This document shows, one piece after another, positions 1 to 7,993 of a stretch of DNA of 32,235 nt (position 1 is the stretch's first letter; every line of letters begins with the position of its first letter). This DNA is from Patescibacteria group bacterium. GTDB taxonomy: Archaea > Thermoproteota > Bathyarchaeia > TCS64. The notes beneath the pieces were generated by a model, which worked only from the letters and a program-made list of their open reading frames with translations, did no database searches and had not been told where the DNA came from. Both the position numbers and the translations under genes were made by a program. The stretch spans positions 1 to 32,235 of the forward strand of contig DATLAV010000219.1 of assembly GCA_035527235.1 (NCBI GenBank), read 5' to 3'.

Positions 1-803
1 TCCCCCTTGGTGAAGGGTTCGAAGTACTCGTCCAAGACAAGGTACCCGTCCTTGACGACGAGGACGCTGTCCACCACCCTCTCATCCGCCCTGATGATCT
101 CAACAACCTCCGCGAGCATCTCCGAGTCGATCTCCACCTCCTCCGGGCTCGCGGTCCTCCAGTCCCCCGTCGGCCAGTAGACGGGGAGCGCCGCTTCGGG
201 GAACGCCTCGAAACTGCTCTCAAATGAGGAAACCAGCCTCTCAAAGCGTTTCAGCAACCCTTTATCCGAAACCGAGTCGGGCAATGCCAGGTAGAAAGTG
301 AGATAGACCCTCTCAGCGACAGGATCATACCAGACACCTGCTATGCCCGATATGGTGTTCCCCCCCTCATTCATGAGGAAACTCTGACGAAGCATCTCAG
401 AGTCGCCTTTCGACGTGGAAACGAGGTCTCCACGGCTCTCTATCTCGTTACCCTCCCCAAGCTGAAAGAAAGCGAGATCCAGAATGTCCTCGAGGACGGG
501 TGAGGACTCGGAAGGCATCCAGATCACGCCGATGATCTCGGGCACCTCGTCTTTCACCGGGGTGCCCTGGACGCTGCCTGCAGTGATCGTGGCTATACCC
601 AGTTCACCGATGCCATCCTCACGGATCTCCATCTCCTCCGGATACTCGAAGGAGAAGCCGAACCTGGAGTAGGTCTCATATTTTTGCGTATCCAAGGAGA
701 GTACATAAACCGAACCAAGGGCCACAGCGATGACTGCGACCAAGGCCATGACCTTGACGTTGAACCATGATCTCGACTCACCCGACATCTCCGGATCACT
801 CAT
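1..803 (-). CDS. Membrane-anchored serine hydrolase (beta-lactamase-related family), N-terminal 267 codons; CDS continues past the left edge
   Basis: It is missing from the ORF track because no stop lies inside the window. The reverse-strand reading from ATG (complement of 801-803) stays open to base 1. It begins MSDPEMSGESRSWFNVKVMALVAVIAVALGSVYVLSLDTQ... (one TM helix). It then reaches ...LPVYWPTGDWRTASPEEVEIDSEMLAEVVEIIRADERVVDSVLVVKDGYLVLDEYFEPF, the usual opening of PF00144-type serine hydrolases. Track ORFs 484..672(+) and 593..799(-) are out-of-frame shadows of this gene. Confidence 0.6.
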   Translation of the reverse strand, partial: MSDPEMSGESRSWFNVKVMALVAVIAVALGSVYVLSLDTQKYETYSRFGFSFEYPEEMEIREDGIGELGIATITAGSVQGTPVKDEVPEIIGVIWMPSESSPVLEDILDLAFFQLGEGNEIESRGDLVSTSKGDSEMLRQSFLMNEGGNTISGIAGVWYDPVAERVYLTFYLALPDSVSDKGLLKRFERLVSSFESSFEAFPEAALPVYWPTGDWRTASPEEVEIDSEMLAEVVEIIRADERVVDSVLVVKDGYLVLDEYFEPFTKG

Positions 804-1268
804 TACAAGAATGGCTTGCACTTTCATTTTTATAATAAGTTCGCATGACGCATGCTGACAAGATAATATCCAAGATGAAATATGTATACAAGCTGCACTC
901 CCTACAATATCACAGCCCTCGTCACCAGTAGCCACGCGGAGCAAAGGGCGGATGACTGGTAGAGCCCCTAATGCCAGAGTAAACAACGAAGATCCAAAAA
1001 GGAAATTGTAAGCTTCAAATACAATTATATGATTAAGAATATTGTTATTAGTTAAATATCTCTAGGAACCACTATTTATATCATTATGAAGTATAAAAAC
1101 TGATGAATAAACCATATCAATACGGAGAAAAACGAGATTACTAATATTACTTCATGAAAGATATGGAATAAACAGAGGCTTAAAAAGCATCAAAGTGTTA
1201 AACCACACCCAAAAACATGGTTCTCATCATTCGAAAACTAGTTTAACCCACCCCGTGAATGACATCAT

Positions 1269-2206
1269 ATGGAGATAGGCCTCTTCATACGCACGGTCTT
1301 CCCCATCTTAACCCTCATCGCCCTCGGCTACCTAGGTCGCCGACAGGGCTTCCTGAAGAAGGGCGACGAACGCGTCCTCAGTGTGTACCTCTACTACTTC
1401 GGTCTGCCCGCCCTCCTCCTGATAGACCTCTCCGAGATTAGAATCGCCTCTGAGACGACCATGTTCTTGGCGACCAGCTTATTGCCTATGGCTATCGTGT
1501 TTACCGTGATTCTGGCGGGAAAGCTCCTTCTCGGCTTCAGCCGGGATCGCTTCTTCCTATTCCTCATCGTGTCCGGCTTCGGCAGACTCGGCTTTTTCGA
1601 AATCCCCTTCATCTCCTTCGCCTACCCCGCCCTGGAGGCCGAGAGGCTGGCGACCCTCTCCGTCTCTACCATAAGTGTAGCCGTCTTCGTCATCACCATG
1701 ACTTCCCTAGAACTCCACAGCCTCCAGTCTCCTAGCCTACGGGAGGGGCTGCGGAGGGCGTCATCGAGCCTCTCCCGGAATCCCCTGATAATCTCGCTGG
1801 TTACGGGGCTCAGCCTCTCCCTCACCAGTATCCGGATCCTTCAGCCCCTAAGCGACACCCTCCATATGATCGGGGGCAGCACCACTCCCATTGCATTGTT
1901 CATGCTCGGGGTCTTCCTCTACGGTAGGAAGTACGAGAAGATCGGGGAGTCCATCGCCTATCTATCCATCAGGGCTATTGTGATGCCCGTCCTAACGTTC
2001 CTCGTCTCCCGCCTGGTGGGACACCCCATCTGGAGACCACCGTGTTGGTGCTCATGTACTCGACTCCCCTAGCGGTCTCCATGATCGTGCTTAGCGAGAG
2101 GTATGGTTTCCACGAGGAGACGATCTCATCGACGATCCTGGTCACCTCCCTCATAGCGGGGCTTTATATGAACATCTGGATCGCACTGCTGGAGTTCCTA
2201 TTTTAA
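1269..2206 (+). pseudogene. AEC (auxin efflux carrier) family transporter, interrupted by a frameshift near 2013-2030
   Basis: ORF 1269..2072 (frame 0) is a multi-TM AEC-like sequence (MEIGLFIRTVFPILTLIALGYLGRRQGFL...). It ends in a nonsense tail, ...LVGHPIWRPPCWCSCTRLP*. The expected C-terminus LETTVLVLMYSTPLAVSMIVLSERYGFHEETISSTILVTSLIAGLYMNIWIALLEFLF* is read in frame 2 from 2030 to TAA 2204-2206. One extra C in the CCCC run at 2024-2027 would join the two parts. Confidence 0.75.
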
Positions 2207-2232
2207 AGGCAAATAAAAAAAGAAATACGAAA

Positions 2233-2264
2233 GCGCTCAGGCTGCCGTCCGCGCTCGCCTGAGT
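2233..2264. terminator. GC-rich hairpin between the convergent 3' ends of the AEC gene and the zinc-ribbon ORF
   Basis: CTCAGGC (2236-2242) pairs with GCCTGAG (2257-2263), giving a 7-bp stem and a 14-nt loop. It forms an isolated GC-rich patch in an AT-rich spacer. A role in termination is inference only. Confidence 0.3.
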
Positions 2265-2283
2265 AAGAATTCCATTAGAGGGT

Positions 2284-2472
2284 TCAAAACGTATTGTAGA
2301 TTTGTGTTGATTTTGCATTTTTTAAATAATTAATTAAATACGAGTCTAGAAGCCGTCCACAATTTGGACAAACTCCTATACTCAGCTTCTCAAATCGCTC
2401 ACAAAACTTGCATGGTTTTTGCACTGAAATTTTCTTATGAGAACCCCGTACAGTCATCTGAGCATGAGACAT
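2284..2472 (-). CDS. Small zinc-ribbon protein (62 aa), hypothetical
   Basis: It carries a CxxC-x10-CxxC pattern: CKFCERFEKLSIGVCPNCG. Codon usage is AT-rich and unlike the GC3-rich neighbours. It lies inside the AT-rich island. Confidence 0.35.
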   Translation of the reverse strand: MSHAQMTVRGSHKKISVQKPCKFCERFEKLSIGVCPNCGRLLDSYLINYLKNAKSTQIYNTF

Positions 2473-3089
2473 GTCTAATTCAAAAGCTTTCTAGAATTTG
2501 ATAAAACATAAAAATATGTGTGTATTGAGCAGGACAGTCGATGAGCGTGTCAAGAAGATATTATAATCTAGTAATAAAAGCGAATAGAAATTGGAGTCTG
2601 CACATGAAAAACCTTTGATAATAGCACATAATTTTCCCAAGATTAGATGAAAAAAGCTCGTGAAACAAGATAATTATTAAATATATAAAATTCTGAATTA
2701 TATCGGCTAGTTATGAAGACTAGATAAATAACATAAAATATAACTTTAACTCTTTATCCTCTTTATTACAATAGGAGTAATACCCATCTCCTTAAATTTC
2801 GACAGAAAATATTTACTTAATACATTCCGCATATCTTCATTTTTATCTTCTTTTTCTACTAAGGCGTGTTTTCTTTTTCTCATCATAGCACCAAATTTAA
2901 TAAGTTAAAAGATCAAAATGAAGAATATAAATTGTCAAGACATAAAGATAAGAAACAATATTACTAATTTTTTTTATAAAAAAATTCCTTATATCAATAT
3001 AATATTTGGTAAAAATATCATTGGATTCTTCATCTGTCGTTTGAATATAGTTTTCTCATGCACTAGATTCATCAAGCGATTTGCGCGAA

Positions 3090-3265
3090 TTGGCTGCATA
3101 GAGGAGAATAGATCAGACACCGTGGGGTATTTCTACGTGGATCACCTAAGCTCGACGAGGTTGAAGATAAACGTCACCAGAGGGGTGGCCTACGGATCTA
3201 ACTATGTACGCTTCGGCCCCGACCAGGACAAGCAGGGTTCAGTTCAAGTTACCGAGAAGCAATGA
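3090..3265 (+). pseudogene. Remnant of an RHS/YD-repeat core (C-terminal core motif only)
   Basis: The GC-rich tail of ORF 2918..3265 reads DTVGYFYVDHLSSTRLKINVTRGVAYGSNYVRFGPDQ. This matches the RHS repeat-associated core signature YYYhxDHLGSxRxxTDxxGxxxxxxxYxPFGe. The ORF stops 12 codons later and no YD repeats precede it. The AT-rich 5' part of the ORF (2918-3089) looks non-coding. Confidence 0.4.
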
Positions 3266-3316
3266 GTTCTATAGAAAAAACCTTTGACATAAGTCTGCGT
3301 GCATCGAAACCTTTTC

Positions 3317-3322
3317 AAAAAA
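3317..3322 (-). terminator. Oligo-T tract just after the wHTH gene stop
   Basis: On the minus strand, TTTTTT begins 5 nt after the TAG stop (3330-3328). Oligo-T tracts are the established archaeal termination signal. Confidence 0.35.
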
Positions 3323-3327
3323 TATTA

Positions 3328-3624
3328 CTATGAGGATTTTTCTACATTTCTACTCATTACAGAACTAACAGGTTTATCATAATCTTCTCCATTGTATAGG
3401 CCCACAAGTAAATCATAGTATCTCAAAAACTGAAATCCCGCGTCTGATGTTAGAAACTCCTTTTCATATTGAAATATAAAACCCTTCGTAAATAATACCT
3501 CCAGATATTCACCCAATAATTGAAAATTTAGATTCGTCTCATAAACAAGCCTAGTTTTTTTACATCCTCCCTGAGCGACTCTAAGGATGTCTGCAATTAT
3601 ATCCAATTTACCTCTTCGAACCAT
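3328..3624 (-). CDS. Small archaeal winged-helix DNA-binding protein (I believe Pfam HTH_45-type)
   Basis: The 98-aa product starts MVRRGKLDIIADILRVAQGGCKKTRLVYETNLNFQLLGEYLEVLFTKGFI... This is the typical opening and layout of the small wHTH regulator family. It is paralogous to the gene at 13194..13468. Codon usage is AT-rich. Confidence 0.7.
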   Translation of the reverse strand: MVRRGKLDIIADILRVAQGGCKKTRLVYETNLNFQLLGEYLEVLFTKGFIFQYEKEFLTSDAGFQFLRYYDLLVGLYNGEDYDKPVSSVMSRNVEKSS

Positions 3625-3688
3625 TCAGGGTAAAGTAAAAGATTATGACTTTTAAAGATAGTCGAAAGAAGGTTACTGAACTGTATTC

Positions 3689-3708
3689 TGATCAAATGTT
3701 ATTGATCA
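3689..3708. promoter_or_regulatory. Inverted repeat TGATCAA-n6-TTGATCA in the divergent wHTH/MBL spacer (candidate operator)
   Basis: TGATCAA (3689-3695) and TTGATCA (3702-3708) are perfect reverse complements. A second inverted repeat, GAAAGGA-n7-TCCTTTC, lies at 3770-3790. That one sits just upstream of the TATA-like ATATTAGTTTTAAAC in front of the MBL gene. Confidence 0.35.
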
Positions 3709-3834
3709 TGAAGAATTGCGTGCGCCCAATTTAATGAATAAAATAGAGGCAACCAAATCTGCTCTAAATGAAAGGAGACTTATTCCTTTCATATTAGTTT
3801 TAAACTCTCCAGACATTTTTATAACTGAAATTTT

Positions 3835-5196
3835 ATGTCAGGCACCTCAGGTGAACTATTCCCACCCAACTACAAGTGGGTCTCGAAGCTGATGTCCACT
3901 GTCTACGACAAGCCCGACCCCAAGAAGGGAAAACGGGTGGCCCACCTATTCGTCGGCGAATGGGTGAACATCGAGGACGACTCGGACCCCAAATGGGTGA
4001 AGGGAAGCTTCAGAGGCGGCAAGGGATACGTCTACAGTGACGACCTCGACGATAAAAAGTACCTGGAGATCCACTTCCTCGACGTCGGCCAGGGTGACTC
4101 CATCCTCATCCAGACCGCCGACAACCGCAGGGTCCTCATCGACGGAGGAGCAGACGACGCCGCCCACACCTACCTCGACTACAAGTACGACTTGGAGAAG
4201 AACCCCAAGACCTTCGACGCCGTCATTATGACCCACGGTGACAAGGACCACAGCTGGGGCCTCTTCCCCATCCTCGAGGACCCCAACATCACCGTCCGCA
4301 ACATCTACCACAACGGCATCTACAAGATCGGCAAGGAGAACACAGGACCAACAAAGAAGCTAAAGAAGGGCACCATGCTCACAGACACCTACTCCGACGT
4401 CGCCGACCTCGACTCCAAGGGCCAGCTCATCTCCACCTACAAAAAGTGGCGCGACGCAGTCAACACCGCCCGCACAAATGCCGAGAAGAAGGGCATCACC
4501 CTCAACTGCACCAGGGCAGACCACAGGACGCCCCACCTCCAGCTCGGAAGCACCGGGCTCACCATTAGATTCCTCGCCCCCATCAACTTCGGCTCAGACA
4601 AATCTCCCAGACTCCTCAAATACGGCGACGCCGGGGAGACCATCAACGGCAACTCCGTCTGCGTCATGCTGGAATACGGCAAAGCAAGGATACTCCTATG
4701 CGGCGACCTCAACAACCTCGCAGAAGGCCACGTCAGAAACCGCTGGAGGATCAAGGACCTAAGGGCCCACGTCTTCAAGGCCAACCACCACGGCAGCCAG
4801 CACTTCACCCCCGAGTTCCTCAACACCGTCAGGCCCTGGGTCTCCGTCGTCTCATCCGGCGACATGCCCGACTACGGCCACCCTCGCGCCAACCTCCTGG
4901 GAAGCCTCGGCCACTATGCCCCCAACCAGATACGGAAACCCCTCCTCTTCTCCACCGAGATTGCAGCCACATTCAAGAGGCTGCCCAAGGCAGAGCAGAA
5001 GAAGAAAGGCACCCAGCTCTACGAGAAGAACACCGAGGGGATAATCTACGTCAGAACAGACGGCGACTGGCTCGCCTCCGGCAGGGTCTACGAGAAGAAG
5101 GAGCACGGGGAGGGGGAAGTCAAGAGAAGCTGGAAGTGGGAGGCCTACGCCCACGACCTCGACAACTGCAAGGAGCTCTACAACAACCTGAAATGA
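3835..5196 (+). CDS. ComEC/Rec2-type metallo-beta-lactamase-fold hydrolase with an N-terminal SH3-like domain
   Basis: The 453-aa product has an SH3b-like segment HLFVGEWVNIEDDSDPKWVKGSFRGGKGYVYSDDL. It is followed by ComEC-MBL motifs: LEIHFLDVGQGDSILIQTADNRRVLIDGG, DAVIMTHGDKDHSWG, and VFKANHHGSQHFTPEFLNTVRPWVSVVSSGDMPDYGHP. Confidence 0.75.
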   Translation: MSGTSGELFPPNYKWVSKLMSTVYDKPDPKKGKRVAHLFVGEWVNIEDDSDPKWVKGSFRGGKGYVYSDDLDDKKYLEIHFLDVGQGDSILIQTADNRRVLIDGGADDAAHTYLDYKYDLEKNPKTFDAVIMTHGDKDHSWGLFPILEDPNITVRNIYHNGIYKIGKENTGPTKKLKKGTMLTDTYSDVADLDSKGQLISTYKKWRDAVNTARTNAEKKGITLNCTRADHRTPHLQLGSTGLTIRFLAPINFGSDKSPRLLKYGDAGETINGNSVCVMLEYGKARILLCGDLNNLAEGHVRNRWRIKDLRAHVFKANHHGSQHFTPEFLNTVRPWVSVVSSGDMPDYGHPRANLLGSLGHYAPNQIRKPLLFSTEIAATFKRLPKAEQKKKGTQLYEKNTEGIIYVRTDGDWLASGRVYEKKEHGEGEVKRSWKWEAYAHDLDNCKELYNNLK

Positions 5197-5524
5197 GTGT
5201 AAGCTTTCGGGCTCTGTACTCTTAAGATAAAGGTGGTCAATAATCTACACATAAAATGAAATCTAAGGTATCATTTAACAAAACAGTATACATTAGAAAA
5301 TGTTTAACACAAGATACTTACTAGAAATCGAAGATAAATGAAGGCAAAACGCCTTTCTTTACTCACTCTCCTGTCAATCACTACCTCCCAGTATAACGAC
5401 TTGTCATCTTACCATCTGAAGACAAAACGGATCAATCATTTTAGATCAAGGCGTTATTTAGGTTGAGGACTGGATAAGGGTTGGGGATGAATAAAGGATC
5501 TCTCGTCACGAGTGCGGCCGAGGC

Positions 5525-7264
5525 TCAGTACTTCCAGCTCGTGACGTCTGCTCCGGGCGGAGCGGTCTTTGTTATGTGTTCTGCCATCTCCTTGGCGAGG
5601 CGCTGCACGATGACGTACCTGTCGAGAGCCGAGGCCACATTCGGGTCCCCATACCAGCAGTGGCTGAACCTGTCGCCATACATGAAAAGACCATCATAGT
5701 AAGGATCCTCAGTGTTCTCCAGAAACTCCTCCATGAGGTAGACGGCGTTGTTCAGGTAATGGGAGTCCATGTCGCCACAGTAGAACCGAAGCTTCCCCTT
5801 GAGCTTCGGCCCCAGGATCTTCCAGTCCCTCTCCATGATGTGTCTCAAATCGTAGTTCTCCCTCCAGAACTCCACGACGGAGGAGTCAATCTCCCCCGTC
5901 ACCTTGTCGAAGAGGAGCGACGGGTAGCCATCGTCGGCCACGGGGACATACGTGGCGAACCAGATATCCCACTGGCTCCCGGAGCGGCACCTGGTCCCCT
6001 TCACGAGCTCCAGCTGGGCCTCCTCCTTGGTGCTGAATAGGACCTCTCCGACAGTAGTCCTGTAGCCCGCCCTCAGGTTCCGCTTCCATGTGCCCTCAAT
6101 GAAGTAGGCGTTCGTATCCTCGTAGATGTTCGTGAGGCACATGGCCCTAAAGTCCACAGGGTCGGGGCACCAACACCAGCATCCATTGTAATCGTCGGGG
6201 TAGAAGACCTGTGTGGCGAGGATCTCCCAGCCCCCCGTGGAGCCCCCCATAAGGGTGCGAGCCCAGCCCTCACCTATACATCTGAACTTCTCCTCCACGT
6301 AGGGGATGAGCTCGCGGTTTATGGCGTCGCCGTAGGGTCCCTGATTCGCTGAGTTGACGGCGTATGAGTCGTCGTAGTAGGGAGTCGGGTGCTGGATGCA
6401 CATGAGGATCATCCGGGGGAATCCTGGCTTCTTCCAGTCCTTGTAGAGCTTGTAGGCATACTTCTGAGAAAGCACGTTGTACGCTTCGAAGTACTCGGGG
6501 TCTCTGGGGAGGTCGGGACCTGTCAGGTCCTTGAGGGTCTTCATTAACCTGCTCTTGTTAATGGGCTCTGCTTCGAGCTCCGGGTCTGGTGGCGTCTCGC
6601 TGAAGCCCGTATAGAGGTTCTGGCTGAAGTGGCCGTGCCAGACGATGAGAGAGTATCGGGCTTCGAGGTGCTCGTCGAATCCCTCTGGGAGGAGGACGGC
6701 CCCCAGGTGCATGGGGCGACCCCAGAACTCGGTGAGGAGCTTACTCTGGATCTTGACGTGCTTGACGTACTTTGTGTCCTCGGGCTCCTCGATGGCGGGG
6801 ATGACCTGGTCTAGGACGATCTCGACGGAGCTCCCCTTAGAGACTTCTATCAGGACCTTCTCAGGAGTGCTGTACAAGTTGCCAGGGGAGCGGTTCCACT
6901 TCTGACCCTCGCCTTGATCCATGGGAAGCTTCACCACGTGGCCGTCGGATCTGTGGAAGGTCTCGTACCTGTGAATCAGGGCTTGAACCCAGTACTCTCC
7001 GGTTGGGATCTGATCTATGCTCTCCAAGGGGAAGCCGAAAACGCCCCGGTCGATGACAGCCTCGTCCCTTGGCTTCATGTCCTCAACGTCGATCCCGAAG
7101 ATGAGCTGGGTGTCAGGGTAATTGCTAATCTGGAACCTGGGCTCTTCGCCCTCATCTGTGGAGATCATTAAGAGGACCCGTCCGTCTATGGTCTTGCTGC
7201 AGAGCTCCTCAAGGTATGATACCTTGAAGCTGAACATGGTGGGCAACCTCTCGTACGGAGTCAC
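5525..7264 (-). CDS. Esterase-like alpha/beta hydrolase (putative-esterase/enterochelin-esterase-like family)
   Basis: The 579-aa product has the GxSxG-type nucleophile elbow MGGSTGGWEILATQVFYPDDYNGCWCWCPDPVDF, preceded by a long beta-rich N-terminal domain. The track start is GTG 7264. ATG 7237 (MFSFKVSY...) is preceded by GAGAGGT and is an equally plausible start. Confidence 0.55.
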   Translation of the reverse strand: MTPYERLPTMFSFKVSYLEELCSKTIDGRVLLMISTDEGEEPRFQISNYPDTQLIFGIDVEDMKPRDEAVIDRGVFGFPLESIDQIPTGEYWVQALIHRYETFHRSDGHVVKLPMDQGEGQKWNRSPGNLYSTPEKVLIEVSKGSSVEIVLDQVIPAIEEPEDTKYVKHVKIQSKLLTEFWGRPMHLGAVLLPEGFDEHLEARYSLIVWHGHFSQNLYTGFSETPPDPELEAEPINKSRLMKTLKDLTGPDLPRDPEYFEAYNVLSQKYAYKLYKDWKKPGFPRMILMCIQHPTPYYDDSYAVNSANQGPYGDAINRELIPYVEEKFRCIGEGWARTLMGGSTGGWEILATQVFYPDDYNGCWCWCPDPVDFRAMCLTNIYEDTNAYFIEGTWKRNLRAGYRTTVGEVLFSTKEEAQLELVKGTRCRSGSQWDIWFATYVPVADDGYPSLLFDKVTGEIDSSVVEFWRENYDLRHIMERDWKILGPKLKGKLRFYCGDMDSHYLNNAVYLMEEFLENTEDPYYDGLFMYGDRFSHCWYGDPNVASALDRYVIVQRLAKEMAEHITKTAPPGADVTSWKY

Positions 7265-7639
7265 CCCTAGGTGCTATTACTTTTTTGCGCGCATATCCCT
7301 CCTGCGCACGCTCGTTAAATCGGTAGTTAGTACCTCCCATATCATAGAGACAGTCAATACTACCGTTATCAAGAATCGACCTGCCAAAGACACGCGCCAC
7401 TCAACCCTCTAACTTCCTGACGCTAGACCTCAGGTCGATGATATCACTCCGACTATCCACGACAGCCTGAAGCAACTACAGATCCCAGGGAGATACTAGG
7501 TCACTGTAGATCAGAGGGGTCTACCCCGAAGAACAAGCCAGAACCATCATTGATTCGCTTATCGAGTCCACACCTTCGATCCTTAATCAACATTTATTTA
7601 TTCATCTTGAACCGTTGAGAGAAAACGAGGTCACATACA

Positions 7640-7951
7640 TTGAAGAGCTACATAAAACTCATCGGCCCCTCCATAGACAAGGGGCTAGACGCGATGGACG
7701 GACTCCTCAAGAACCTGAACAAGAGGTTCCTTTACGGAGAGACCGTCTCCCACATAGTCGGCGTTGTGGACCCCACCTTCGACCTCAAGACCGGCAGCCT
7801 GGTCCGCCAGGGGAGGGAGACCCTCGGTGATGACGACTACGTAATAGAATGGGAGCAGCCACCGACCTCCCAGCAAGTGAGGGGCCTGATAAGGCTGATC
7901 GACGAGTCACTTGTCTTCACAGGCTGCAGGTACACCATAACCACAAAGTGA
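7640..7951 (+). CDS. Hypothetical small protein (103 aa)
   Basis: A TTG start is preceded by GAGGT 8 nt upstream and by a TATA-like ATTTATTTATT about 40 nt upstream. Composition is ordinary (MKSYIKLIGPSIDKGLDAMDGLLKNL...). I do not recognise a family with confidence. Confidence 0.5.
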   Translation: MKSYIKLIGPSIDKGLDAMDGLLKNLNKRFLYGETVSHIVGVVDPTFDLKTGSLVRQGRETLGDDDYVIEWEQPPTSQQVRGLIRLIDESLVFTGCRYTITTK

Positions 7952-7993
7952 ACCTCGGCATTCGCACAACACGTGGACCAAGGTAAACTGTGG

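Noticed and set aside
484-799. ORFs 484..672(+) and 593..799(-)
   Set aside because: The real reading frame is a different minus-strand frame, open from 803 to the window edge, with a TM helix and a serine-hydrolase opening.
2746-2886. 46-codon Lys/Arg-rich minus-strand ORF
   Set aside because: It is too short and compositionally biased to call as a gene without homology or expression data. It is mentioned under the AT-rich island finding only.
2918-3089. The AT-rich N-terminal half of ORF 2918..3265
   Set aside because: It is Ile/Asn/Lys/Phe-rich low-complexity translation of AT-rich spacer. Only the GC-rich 3' part carries a recognisable (RHS-core) signature.
3946-5225. Several overlapping ORFs inside the MBL gene (3946..4311-, 4037..4231+, 4437..4865-, 4478..4762+, 4698..5225+, 4852..5154-)
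   Set aside because: All overlap a gene with clear ComEC-MBL motifs. Their products are Pro/Arg/Thr/Ser-rich repeats produced by the extreme C-ending codon bias.
5481-5699. 72-aa plus-strand ORF
   Set aside because: It lies almost entirely antisense to the esterase 3' end and has no motifs. Only the promoter-like element in front of it is retained, as a finding.
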